Source: Promethearchaeota archaeon
GTDB lineage: Archaea > Asgardarchaeota > Lokiarchaeia > Sigyniarchaeales > SOKP01
DNA length: 28,348 nt
Assembly: GCA_008080735.1 (NCBI GenBank)
Contig: SHMW01000053.1
Span: 394 to 28,741, forward strand
Direction: 5' to 3'
The notes under the pieces are model-generated. The model saw only the letters and a program-made list of their open reading frames with translations, ran no database searches and had not been told where the DNA came from. Below are positions 18,270 to 27,877 of this stretch, one piece after another (the first letter of the stretch is position 1; each line of letters starts with the position of its first letter). A program made the position numbers and the translations under genes.

Positions 18270-18683
18270 TTAGCACGCTCCAATACCAGAATATCGATTT
18301 TTTAAGATTGAATCTACTCGATCCTTAATTTGACCTGAGAAATTCTTAGATCTCTTTAATATATTTTTGTTCTCAATAAATATTGTAGTTGAGATGTCCT
18401 TTACGAGTTTTTGATCGCATTCGCCTTTCATAAAAAAGACAAAATATATCGATTTTCCTTCGCTAAGTAGTTCCTTTGTAACTATAAAAATGTGAGATTG
18501 ACTAACTCCCGTTCCAAATGTGATATTTGCAATTTCTTTTTTAAATAATTGACGTCCCAGCGTCCCGATTGTTGAAATGAGTCCACTAAGTAATGCCTGG
18601 TCTATGGAAGGAATCGCAGAATCAAAATCTTTCGTGTAAAAAGGATACCCTTGGGAGTCACATATTAAGAGCTTTTCTATCAT
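18270..18683 (-). CDS. Stand-alone longin-like domain protein
   Basis: LLICDSQGYPFYTKDF...DQALLSGLISTI..LG.QL matches the beta-beta-alpha start of Asgard longin domains. Confidence 0.7.
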   Translation of the reverse strand: MIEKLLICDSQGYPFYTKDFDSAIPSIDQALLSGLISTIGTLGRQLFKKEIANITFGTGVSQSHIFIVTKELLSEGKSIYFVFFMKGECDQKLVKDISTTIFIENKNILKRSKNFSGQIKDRVDSILKNRYSGIGAC

Positions 18684-18801
18684 TTACTTCTCCTATGTTG
18701 TCTTTGAGTGATAATAATTATTAATATTTCAAATATTTATGGTTGAAATGACATTCTGTATATAAGAAAAGATAATAGGTAGGATATAAAAATTTATGTA
18801 G

Positions 18802-19476
18802 GTGAAAAGGGTCTCTTCTATGTATAATCCCAGAGAGTTAGCAGAGAAAGTTGAAAAAGAGGTATGTAGTAATAATTCTAGAAAATATTATCGATTTCGT
18901 AGTACCAATTTTTATGGAGGGTGTGCTACAGCCGATTGCTTGGGATGCAATTTGAGATGCGTTTATTGTTGGGCTCAGAAAAAAGTATGGAACCCTAAAC
19001 GAATTGGTAGATTTTATAGCCCCGCAGAAGTTTGCCAAAAATTATTAAATTTTAAGCAGCCTCTCATTCGTATCAGTGGGGGAGAGCCGACATTATGCAA
19101 AAACCATCTACTATTGGTTATAGAATCACTTCCTAAGAACGCCCTATTCATATTAGAAACGAATGGTATCCTATTAGATGAAAACTATGTTAAACTAATG
19201 AGTAATTATGATAATTTATATGTTAGAGTTTCATTAAAAGGAGTAGATGAGCGCTCTTTTGAAAAAATCACTGGGGCAGAAGGGAAATATTTCGCTAATC
19301 AGCTGAAAGCTCTTGAATTATTAAATAAATATAAGATCGAACATAGAGCCGCTATCTTGGTGGACTTATTTAATAAAGAAGATATACAGAAGCTCAACCT
19401 CCCCAATCTTGAATATGAGTCGCTAATCAAATATCCTTTCGTGAAAAACGCGCTTAAAGATAGAAATATAATATAA
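18802..19476 (+). CDS. Radical SAM Fe-S protein (archaeal COG5014-like)
   Basis: RKYYRFR...YGG.ATADC.GCNLRCVYCW, RISGGEPT and LETNG. The start may be the ATG at 18820. Confidence 0.88.
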   Translation: MKRVSSMYNPRELAEKVEKEVCSNNSRKYYRFRSTNFYGGCATADCLGCNLRCVYCWAQKKVWNPKRIGRFYSPAEVCQKLLNFKQPLIRISGGEPTLCKNHLLLVIESLPKNALFILETNGILLDENYVKLMSNYDNLYVRVSLKGVDERSFEKITGAEGKYFANQLKALELLNKYKIEHRAAILVDLFNKEDIQKLNLPNLEYESLIKYPFVKNALKDRNII

Positions 19477-19480
19477 AAAC

Positions 19481-20470
19481 TCAGATTAAATTTTCTACTT
19501 TCATTAGTTCCAGTCCTCCATATTTCCCTGTGTCTTGAAATATTAATTCTTCTTTAGACTTATTCGAATTCTTATTGAATAATTGAATAGAAATAGTAGA
19601 ATCGATGCTTTCAATAGATCTTGCAGTCATTAACCCAAGATTTGGTGCTTTTAAGCTTGCTGAGCTGCCTCTTTTAGCTTTTATGATAAGAGTTTTTCTT
19701 TTATCTTCAATTATTATTTTCACACTACCTTTTCCAGGTATTAATTTCCTTATTCTCGCTCCTGTATATGTTGCAAATCGATATATCTTATTTCCATCTA
19801 AAAGAAAACATAGGAATCCAATAAATTTATACCCCATCCATGGAATTTCCGCTATTGAGAGCATAAAAGAACGTGGCTCTTTAGCAAAATGATTTGTCTG
19901 CATCCAAATCCACGCATCTGGGAATGACTTTCCCCAATCCTTTTCTATATATCCTTTAGATCCCTGTTCATATATAATTTTTTGTGTGTTTAATTTCAAG
20001 TTGCCCCGAATTTGATGATTCATGCTAATGATGCCATGATATGTTTGCATAAACGGCAAATAGGCGAAGGGTCCCATTGCCCCTGGGGATATTAGAGTAT
20101 TCGGAATATGTTTGTGGTCCATAAATTTTATATCTCCTTTTATGTTGATACCCTTCTGATCAATATCTAATTTGATTTTTTCTTTGGAAAAATAGCTATT
20201 CCCAATTTTAATAAGAAATTGAGAGTTTGAACTCCAAAATTTTTCTATGGGGTATTCAACATAAAAAACTTCTGAGCTGAGCCCATCTAATACTTGTATG
20301 AAGCAAACTTTCTTGTCCTTATCCTCATTTAACGCTATTGTGGGTATAAAAGCTAATACACTATTTAGTTTATGGTTCACTAATTTGAAATACCACCCTT
20401 CGTAATAAGAGTTTTTTTTAAGTGATCCTTGAAAAATCGCGGGATTTCTAATTTTTTGATAACTCTTCAT
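19481..20470 (-). CDS. Tocopherol cyclase family protein
   Basis: YYEGWYFK, MGPFAYLPFM..YHGIISM.H and GYIEKDWGKSFP.AWIWMQ.N.F. Confidence 0.85.
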   Translation of the reverse strand: MKSYQKIRNPAIFQGSLKKNSYYEGWYFKLVNHKLNSVLAFIPTIALNEDKDKKVCFIQVLDGLSSEVFYVEYPIEKFWSSNSQFLIKIGNSYFSKEKIKLDIDQKGINIKGDIKFMDHKHIPNTLISPGAMGPFAYLPFMQTYHGIISMNHQIRGNLKLNTQKIIYEQGSKGYIEKDWGKSFPDAWIWMQTNHFAKEPRSFMLSIAEIPWMGYKFIGFLCFLLDGNKIYRFATYTGARIRKLIPGKGSVKIIIEDKRKTLIIKAKRGSSASLKAPNLGLMTARSIESIDSTISIQLFNKNSNKSKEELIFQDTGKYGGLELMKVENLI

Positions 20471-20594
20471 TCTTCAAACTTCTCTATTTTTAGATTTCCA
20501 AGACTAAGTTGGAAAAGGAGGTCTAAACATTAATAATTTGATTTTTTATAATATTAATGAGTATTTAAATAGGGCAAAAAAGCAAGTTTAAATA

Positions 20595-20966
20595 GTGCAT
20601 TGGTTTATTAATTATCATAGGGCAGTTTTTAGACCAACGGATGGAGAATCAAACGTGAAACAACTCCAAAAAATAGGGATTTGTCCCAATTGTGATTGTT
20701 CTCTCTTTATTTATGAGGACGAGAATAATGAGAGATATATTAAGTGTGAAATCTGTGGGCATGCTTATAATATCCCGCAGAAGGGGGAGATTTATGCTAC
20801 TAAATTCTATTGCCCCATCTACAGTTACCCAATCGTGGCGATTAAATCCAATGAAAAGAATCAATTCTTCTATAGTAATAAAAGATGTTTAGAATGTGAA
20901 GAATATGATGAATGTATAGCTATGGATCAACTTGGAAATACTCTCAATCTTCAAGAAAATGTTTAA
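20595..20966 (+). CDS. Small Cys-rich zinc-ribbon protein
   Basis: CPNC...KCEIC...YCP...CLEC..Y.EC, resembling tandem topoisomerase-type C4 ribbons. The start is uncertain (GTG 20595 or GTG 20655). Confidence 0.65.
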   Translation: MHWFINYHRAVFRPTDGESNVKQLQKIGICPNCDCSLFIYEDENNERYIKCEICGHAYNIPQKGEIYATKFYCPIYSYPIVAIKSNEKNQFFYSNKRCLECEEYDECIAMDQLGNTLNLQENV

Positions 20967-21676
20967 TAACTAAGCAAATTATTTACACATATTTTATTTT
21001 TTTTTATCAAATTATAAAGAAAGAGAGGTTAGAAAAAGAATAAAGCTTCCACTTGATTAAAATAAGAAAAAAATGATAGGCTGATGCTTGTTGTGAATTT
21101 TTTATTTAGGGGATTTACCAAATTCGCTTATTCTTTTTCTAAGTGTGTTATCTATCACTAAAGAAAACTGAAATATAAAAATCAAGATCATAGAATATAT
21201 ATAACTATGAGTTCTATTTGTTTATTTTTTCTAATGTATGAACTATTTTCTATAAATGGGGGATAAACAGAAATAAATTTGTATGAAAATTATGGCAGGG
21301 AGAAATCCATCTGACTTTTCATGATTAACAAAACAAGAAAAAGGAAAAGAAAAGAGAGAAGATGATGAATAAAATGAGTGAAATAGCAGCAGTTAAGCGC
21401 TATTGGTTATTTGGGGATATTATTGGTATCTTCTCTCTCTTTTTACTAGAATAAATTTATTCTTTGAATAAATAATGATTTTCTAGTAAGATTTGTCTTA
21501 ATGATTATGTAGTTATGCTATTATTTAAAATTTTGTAGACAAGAATGTAAATATATTGAGAGAAAACCGGAAAGAACTAAAAATGAGAATCTCTTAGGGA
21601 AGTGGTCAATATAATCGATTAATTTAAATATCTTTAATTTTTTTGTCTTTACAATAATTAGATTGGGGACTTTTTT

Positions 21677-22393
21677 ATGGAAACTACCGATATTATCAAT
21701 GGTACATTTAGTTTAATAATTGTTATCGTTTCATTCTATGTAGGAGGATACATTGCATCTCGATATAGAAAATTTAATCGGAAAACATTATTATTTGTGG
21801 GATTGTCATGGATTGGTGTAAATAACGGATGGTGGCCATCTGCTATTTCTTTTTTGACCACTCTTATTTATGGTAAATCTTTACCAGATCCAATCTATTT
21901 TTTCATCGGAAACGCATTTATACCGTTTTTTCTACTTATATGGATGGTGGCGATTACTGAACTAATGTATAAAGATCAACAAAAACCTATTCTCGCTCTA
22001 TTTACCATTATTGGTACAATTTTTGAAATTTTCTTTTTCTATTATCTTTTCACAAGTCCTGAAACCATCGGAGAAAGCGGAGCTGTTAATGTTGAATATA
22101 AAGGTTTTGTAAGCTTATATTTAATATTTATTCTATTGACGATATTGATTACGGGACTCTTGTTTGTCAGAGAATCACTAAAATCAGATAACGAAGTCAC
22201 AAAATTAAAGGGAAAATTTTTAGCTGTAGCATTTATTTCTTACACAATTGGAGCTATCGCCGATGCAATGATCCCTCTCACGTTACTTACATTGCCTATC
22301 ATACGCATCCTTCTTATTTCGAGTGCTATAGAGTTTTATATTGGATGGATAATGCCTGAGCGAGTCCAAAAATATTTCTTGAAGAGAAACTAA
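21677..22393 (+). CDS. Stand-alone 7-TM membrane protein (putative sensor)
   Basis: Seven hydrophobic segments by eye, short loops, C-terminal GW.MP and no soluble output domain. Confidence 0.75.
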   Translation: METTDIINGTFSLIIVIVSFYVGGYIASRYRKFNRKTLLFVGLSWIGVNNGWWPSAISFLTTLIYGKSLPDPIYFFIGNAFIPFFLLIWMVAITELMYKDQQKPILALFTIIGTIFEIFFFYYLFTSPETIGESGAVNVEYKGFVSLYLIFILLTILITGLLFVRESLKSDNEVTKLKGKFLAVAFISYTIGAIADAMIPLTLLTLPIIRILLISSAIEFYIGWIMPERVQKYFLKRN

Positions 22394-22509
22394 ATTTTTA
22401 AATTGTTTTTTTAAAATCTTTTTTTAATATTTCGAATTAAGAATTGATTTGCTTGCATGAATAGATTATAAGAATAATTTTTAAACACATTAGACGAATA
22501 GAATAATTC

Positions 22510-22914
22510 ATGATTGGAGAAATTTCGAAGGAGTTCTTGGAAGCTATTTTAGAAGTTGTACCACTTGACATTTCTATTTTGGATGCTAATGATAAAGTTC
22601 TTGGATGGAATCATCACCAAACTCGGATTTTCAAACGTCCTGAAGCAGTAATTGGGAAGGATGTAAGACAATGCCATCCAGAAAAAAGTTTAGATAAAGT
22701 CGAGAAGATAATTGATGAGATGAAGGAAGGTATTAGAAATAAAGCCCGTTTTTGGATTGATTTTCAAATCGATTATGAAGAGCAACCCAGAAAACTTCTT
22801 ATTGAATATTTTGCTTTACGAGATGTACAAGGAAATTATCTCGGCTGCGTAGAAGCATCACAAGATATTACGGGGATTAAGGATCTAAAAGGTGAAAAGC
22901 GCTTACTAGAATAA
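22510..22914 (+). CDS. Stand-alone PAS domain protein (PAS_10-like)
   Basis: PLDISILDA.D...RIFKR...VIGKDVRQCHPEKS...Y.ALRD..GNYLG.VE.SQDIT..K.L.GEKRLL. Confidence 0.88.
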   Translation: MIGEISKEFLEAILEVVPLDISILDANDKVLGWNHHQTRIFKRPEAVIGKDVRQCHPEKSLDKVEKIIDEMKEGIRNKARFWIDFQIDYEEQPRKLLIEYFALRDVQGNYLGCVEASQDITGIKDLKGEKRLLE

Positions 22915-22950
22915 TACCTAAATATTAATTGAATACAATTGAATGGGAAG

Positions 22951-23706
22951 CTATTCATCAGAATTTAAAAGAGTATTGAATATGGTATCTTGAATTTTAT
23001 TTTTTATTTCTCTTTTTAAATTAAATAAGATATTTTCTTCTATATTCCTAAGATAATCACAAATCTCATTATGAACGATTGGTATAATCCTCTCCGTCAA
23101 TCTTTCAACTTGTTCATAATTCTTAAGATATGTTTTATTGTGTTTCTTAAGATATTTTCTATTAACATTTTTGAGAAAACTAGTTCCATTTTTAGCTAGA
23201 ATGTGTATTGCCTCCTTCGAATCTTTTGAGTTGTAATTTTTTAATGTTTCCCCATGCTTCAAGATCATTTCTTCAAAATAATTAATTAAAATGTCTCTCT
23301 CTTCAGAATCAAAATTGGTATTTGAATTTAGAAATACAATCACGATAAAATCGTCAAACTTGAAATAAATTTGGACTTTAATATTTGATCCATGAATTTC
23401 TAAGTGAGATAAGTTCTTTATGTTCGTCTGACTGGCAAACATTTTAAATGAGGAGAAATACATTGAGACGAGGTCAATCTCGATTAAATTAGCATCATCA
23501 TCAGAAAGATATTGTTTAATAGAATTATAATTCTCTCGGCTATTAGATTCATATTCAGACACAAATATCGTATTTCCAAATTGATCTGACATTACAATCC
23601 CAATGATCGGGGGGATAACGTGAAATTGATTTGATCTATTTTTTATATTAATTAATCTCTTCTCAATTGACTTTTTGATCATGGAACTAATATTGTCGGA
23701 TGTCAT
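22951..23706 (-). CDS. Longin-like domain protein with helical C-terminal extension
   Basis: IIGIVMSDQFGNTIFVSEY...DLVSMYFSSFKMFASQ...LSHLEI...FIVIVFLN follows longin topology. Confidence 0.6.
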   Translation of the reverse strand: MTSDNISSMIKKSIEKRLINIKNRSNQFHVIPPIIGIVMSDQFGNTIFVSEYESNSRENYNSIKQYLSDDDANLIEIDLVSMYFSSFKMFASQTNIKNLSHLEIHGSNIKVQIYFKFDDFIVIVFLNSNTNFDSEERDILINYFEEMILKHGETLKNYNSKDSKEAIHILAKNGTSFLKNVNRKYLKKHNKTYLKNYEQVERLTERIIPIVHNEICDYLRNIEENILFNLKREIKNKIQDTIFNTLLNSDE

Positions 23707-24038
23707 GATGATAAATCTTCTGTATGATTTCCTTTAATCTATATTAGAAAATGAAAAATCCAAATAAAAAATGAAGGGTGTGGAGAATTAGAATAATCTC
23801 ATAAATATAATACGGTTTGTTACATAGCTAGTGATTAATTCTTTTCCTAATGAATAATTAAAAGATTTATATATGATTTTTAAATTAAGTATTTATTCTC
23901 CTTAGAAAATGCAATATATTAGGACTATTCAGAAAAAATACAAAAAGATTAAATAAAATAAGCAAGTCTAGAATAACAAATAGAATTATAGCATTTGTAT
24001 ATATATTAACAAAAAATCTTTAAGAAGTATTAGATGAG

Positions 24039-24953
24039 ATGAAAAGCTTTAAAATAATTATAGCGGGGCTTGATTATGCGGGAAAAACAAGCAGTATTAT
24101 TGCTTTACGCCAGAAGTATAATTTTTATGAACAAGTAAAGAATTTGAAGCCAACAATCAAGATAGAATATAACACATTTGATTTTCTCAATGAATATGAA
24201 ATAAACCTATGGGATATGGGAGGACAAGCCAAATATAGAAAAATGTATCTGGATCGTCCTGCCTATTTTGAAGACACTAATTACATTTATTATTATATTG
24301 ATATTCAAGATATAGAAAAAATCACTACATCTATTGATTATCTAAAAGAATTACTTAATATTTTCAGGGATCTCGAATATGAAAATGAGATTATTATCTG
24401 TATTCATAAATATGATCCTAAATTAAGAAGAGACAAAATCGTGCTTGATAGGATTAGGGATATAAAAAACCAATTAAATAGTATCCCAGATTTCGAATTT
24501 AAATTCTTCCGAACCTCCATATTCGATATTGCTTCCTTATCAAAAGCGATCTCTTATAGTTTAAATAAGCTTATTGACCTTAAAGCTCTTGATCTAGCGT
24601 TAAAAAGTCTAATGCGTAAATTCAATGGGAATTACGCGGTATTATATACGGAAGATGGAGTAATTTTGGTTGATTCTTATCGAGAGATATTAGATTCTAT
24701 GCAATATGAGCAAGACATAAAAGAAAATATCTCTCACGATCTTGTTTTAATCCAAAAACTTAAAGATGACAACGTAGATTTCTCGGAACGCGTTGATTAT
24801 AATGATGATGTTATTGAATATCTCAAAAAATATGATATAAACGGAAACAGCTTTTTTCTAAAAATGAATACTCCTAATCTGGAAGAAGAGGGAATAAATC
24901 TTTTGAAGCAAAATTTCAAGAATTTTGAAAAGAATATTAAAGAAGTAATTTAG
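24039..24953 (+). CDS. Small GTPase (Arf/Rag-like) with C-terminal roadblock-like domain
   Basis: G1 GLDYAGKTS, G2 KPTI, G3 WDMGGQ, G4 HKYD and G5 TSI. The C-terminal ~130 aa (YAVLYTEDGVILVDS) is roadblock-like. Confidence 0.9.
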   Translation: MKSFKIIIAGLDYAGKTSSIIALRQKYNFYEQVKNLKPTIKIEYNTFDFLNEYEINLWDMGGQAKYRKMYLDRPAYFEDTNYIYYYIDIQDIEKITTSIDYLKELLNIFRDLEYENEIIICIHKYDPKLRRDKIVLDRIRDIKNQLNSIPDFEFKFFRTSIFDIASLSKAISYSLNKLIDLKALDLALKSLMRKFNGNYAVLYTEDGVILVDSYREILDSMQYEQDIKENISHDLVLIQKLKDDNVDFSERVDYNDDVIEYLKKYDINGNSFFLKMNTPNLEEEGINLLKQNFKNFEKNIKEVI

Positions 24954-25027
24954 GATTTTCTTTTGTTATTTTCCAGATGATACCCATTTTTATCTTTACT
25001 TAATTCTGATTCTCTGAGTAGCTGACT

Positions 25028-25681
25028 TTACTTTATATTATCCAAATTCCATTTTTCTATTAGCTCATGTTTTTTCATCTTTCTAAGGTGATAAAGTGTT
25101 GGAAATATGAGTATAAAAGAAAATATTAACCATAAAAGACGATAAACTGGGAGGGTAAAATTAAATATTCCACGGGTTGTAGTAATAGTCCCAAAATCAA
25201 ATAAGGGAAAGAGCAAAAAATCAGGTGATTTAATAATAAGGGGAAAAAATAATTCGATATATTCATGGGCTGGAAAGTCAAGTAATAAATGGGTAAATCC
25301 CCCGATCAACGCTGAATACGTTCCAACAATAAAAAAATTTTTATCAAATTTTTTCGATCGGAGATAATTCCAGGAATCTACTCCAAAAAATTTTAACGAT
25401 CTAGAGATCGGATTCTTCAATTTCGCTAACTTAGCTAAGTTGGGTGCGAGGTATCTTGCAAAAACAATAGTAGTTAAAATCGTTATTGGCATCGTCCATA
25501 AAAATAGACCTAGAAGAGAGTGGGAAATATAGCGCAATGGGAAGGGGATAAATATATCAAATAAGATATGAAGATCTGGGACAATAGTTGCGAGACAAAT
25601 CGCTGTTCCATCGAACTTCCTGGGAAATGTTACTTTAAGATACAATGCTGGAGCTTGATGCGAAAGAAAAGAGCTAGGCAT
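25028..25681 (-). CDS. DUF4184-like membrane-bound metal-dependent hydrolase family protein
   Basis: MP...SHQA, IVPD, SHS..G and G.FTHLLLD..H motifs. ATG at 25681 is preferred over 25726. Confidence 0.8.
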   Translation of the reverse strand: MPSSFLSHQAPALYLKVTFPRKFDGTAICLATIVPDLHILFDIFIPFPLRYISHSLLGLFLWTMPITILTTIVFARYLAPNLAKLAKLKNPISRSLKFFGVDSWNYLRSKKFDKNFFIVGTYSALIGGFTHLLLDFPAHEYIELFFPLIIKSPDFLLFPLFDFGTITTTRGIFNFTLPVYRLLWLIFSFILIFPTLYHLRKMKKHELIEKWNLDNIK

Positions 25682-25932
25682 ATTAATGAATAGGATTTTC
25701 TTTGATTTAGAATCGGTAAGAAACATAAATAAACTTTTTGGTTATCTTTAATCCCTTATTCCAATTATGATGATAACCATTCCAAATGAGTACTATTTAG
25801 TATAAAATTTCTCTCAACTAAATAAGTGCGGGATTCTAAACGGTATGTTGCTATTAATAATTCGAAGATATAAAACTTAAAATTAATACAAACCATTAAA
25901 AGAGTAATTTAAAAAAAAAAAATTTATTTAAA

Positions 25933-26280
25933 ATGGAATTGAAGAAAAATAAGTTAGTTATTTTATGGACTAGTGGAGACAGAGAAGTTGCCTTAAATAT
26001 GGTTTTTATGTATACTCTTAACGCGAAGATAAATGGATGGTGGGATGATATCGTTCTAATTGTCTGGGGACCTTCTGCTAAATTAGGTAGTACAGATGAG
26101 GAAATACAAAAAGCTCTTATTAATTTAAGGGAAAAAGGCGTAATATTGGAAGCATGTAAAGCTTGTGCGGATAAATATAAGGTCTCTAAGGATTTAAAAA
26201 CATTAGGAATAGATGTAAAATATATGGGCCAACCGCTGACTCAGTATATTCAAGAGGAGACCAAGGTTCTTACATTTTGA
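25933..26280 (+). CDS. DsrE family protein
   Basis: KLVILWTSGDREVA..M.FMY..NAK..GWWD...IVWGPS and EACKACAD. Confidence 0.88.
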   Translation: MELKKNKLVILWTSGDREVALNMVFMYTLNAKINGWWDDIVLIVWGPSAKLGSTDEEIQKALINLREKGVILEACKACADKYKVSKDLKTLGIDVKYMGQPLTQYIQEETKVLTF

Positions 26281-26404
26281 TGGATTTCAAATTTAAGACT
26301 AAAACTTCTTAAATTTATTCGGTTTTGTCATTTACGATAATGAGCTGTAAATATAATATTCATACAATATGATTAAAATTGGAAATATTTTATAACCGGT
26401 CAAT

Positions 26405-27661
26405 TTATGCAATTTTATTTATATTATAGGGAAGTTTCGCCTGCTTAGGGATAGGATCAATGAACAATTTTCTGAAGGTTGGATGCTGCATCCTACAACA
26501 AGTGCTCCGATAACTATATGCGGGATGCTTTACCATCCGCTTCCAAATTTTTTTTAATGATTCCTCTCGAATATTTCCAAAAGAAAGAGGAGTAAAATCA
26601 CATGGTGTTACCTCACCATAGGCAGAGACATAATATTGAATACTGGCTGCTAAACATCCAATTCCTCCCAAATATCCTTCGATTGAATTTTGCCATGATT
26701 GAGATGAAAGAGGTGGGATTATGTTATGCTTAAAAATGTAGGAAGAAAATGACCTGATTTTTTCTCTTTGCTCTTGAGTAAGCAATTCACTTGTGTCATG
26801 TAACATATTTCCAGTAGCGACGCCATCAAAAAGCATTACATTATGAGTAGCTAATTCTTTCGCAAGAGCATAAATTTTTTTATAGGCATTTTTTTCTGTT
26901 CCGGAGCGGGTAGCATATGTGGAAATTCCGACAAATAATCCTGCTTCCTTAGCTCTTTTTATTCCCTCAACAGCTTTTTGGAATAACCCTTCTCTTCTGC
27001 GCAATCGATTATGTTCTAGGGGATTACTTGAATCAATACTTACAAATAAAGAATATAGCCCAGCTTTAACCAAATTTTCAACATTTTCTTTTGTTAAGAA
27101 TTCCCCATTCGTAAATAAAAGAGGAACTGTCTTCTTTTTATCAACATAGGAAATTAAATCATAGATATCATTCCTTAATAGAGGTTCACCTCCCGTGAAT
27201 GCAAGAATAGAAATTCCTAAATCTAAACTCTCATCTATCACTCTTTTAGCTTCTTGAGTGCTCAATTCTTTCATGTCATCTCGTTTATGTCTCCCAGCGC
27301 TACAATGAATACATTCGCATTGACACTCATAATTCACTGCGAATGTCATCGCAACAGGATAATGCATACGGAAAATACGCGATTTCAATGATGCCCATAA
27401 CGCTCGAAACATAGCGCCACTGCCCACAGGCGGAGCGAATGTGTTTGCAACTCTTTTTCCCCTCCATTTTCCCAAATGTTTATAGCTGCGATAAAATTTA
27501 GCTTGTATTAAAAACATTGTTAATAAGTTTAGATGCTTAATAAGAGGGTTAAGAATACCTGTTCCGATAATTTCTCCCGTATGAAGCTTCTTAAAACTGA
27601 TTAGATTCTTTCCAAAAAGTTTTAAATATATTTTCTCTTGCTGAGTTTCAATTTTTTCCAT
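26405..27661 (-). CDS. Radical SAM protein with SPASM/twitch domain
   Basis: CQCECIHC, FTGGEPLLR, FTNG and VSIDS. C-terminal GCLA...YVSAYGEVTPCDF...FGNIRE.SL..IW. Confidence 0.92.
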   Translation of the reverse strand: MEKIETQQEKIYLKLFGKNLISFKKLHTGEIIGTGILNPLIKHLNLLTMFLIQAKFYRSYKHLGKWRGKRVANTFAPPVGSGAMFRALWASLKSRIFRMHYPVAMTFAVNYECQCECIHCSAGRHKRDDMKELSTQEAKRVIDESLDLGISILAFTGGEPLLRNDIYDLISYVDKKKTVPLLFTNGEFLTKENVENLVKAGLYSLFVSIDSSNPLEHNRLRRREGLFQKAVEGIKRAKEAGLFVGISTYATRSGTEKNAYKKIYALAKELATHNVMLFDGVATGNMLHDTSELLTQEQREKIRSFSSYIFKHNIIPPLSSQSWQNSIEGYLGGIGCLAASIQYYVSAYGEVTPCDFTPLSFGNIREESLKKIWKRMVKHPAYSYRSTCCRMQHPTFRKLFIDPIPKQAKLPYNINKIA

Positions 27662-27877
27662 AAGCTTATTAGTTTATTTAGATAATCTGATTTTTAAACA
27701 TTAGTCCTATCTTGTAAAAGTTGAGTGAAAAGGCAACCGTCTAAACGATAATATGGACGAATGCAATCAAAAATCATCTAAAAATACAGGAGATTATTCT
27801 TTCTGAAAGAGATTAAAGAGACTTATATAGACAAATAAAAAAAAAGAAGGGAATTGAGGTTTTAATTATATTATGAT

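Noticed and set aside
1138-27149. Short (60-117 aa) ORFs nested in or antisense to longer genes, e.g. 1138-1344, 11647-11928, 12602-12955, 15538-15813, 15919-16254, 19605-19892, 26919-27149
   Set aside because: They overlap well-supported genes and lack motifs, so they are best explained as shadow ORFs.
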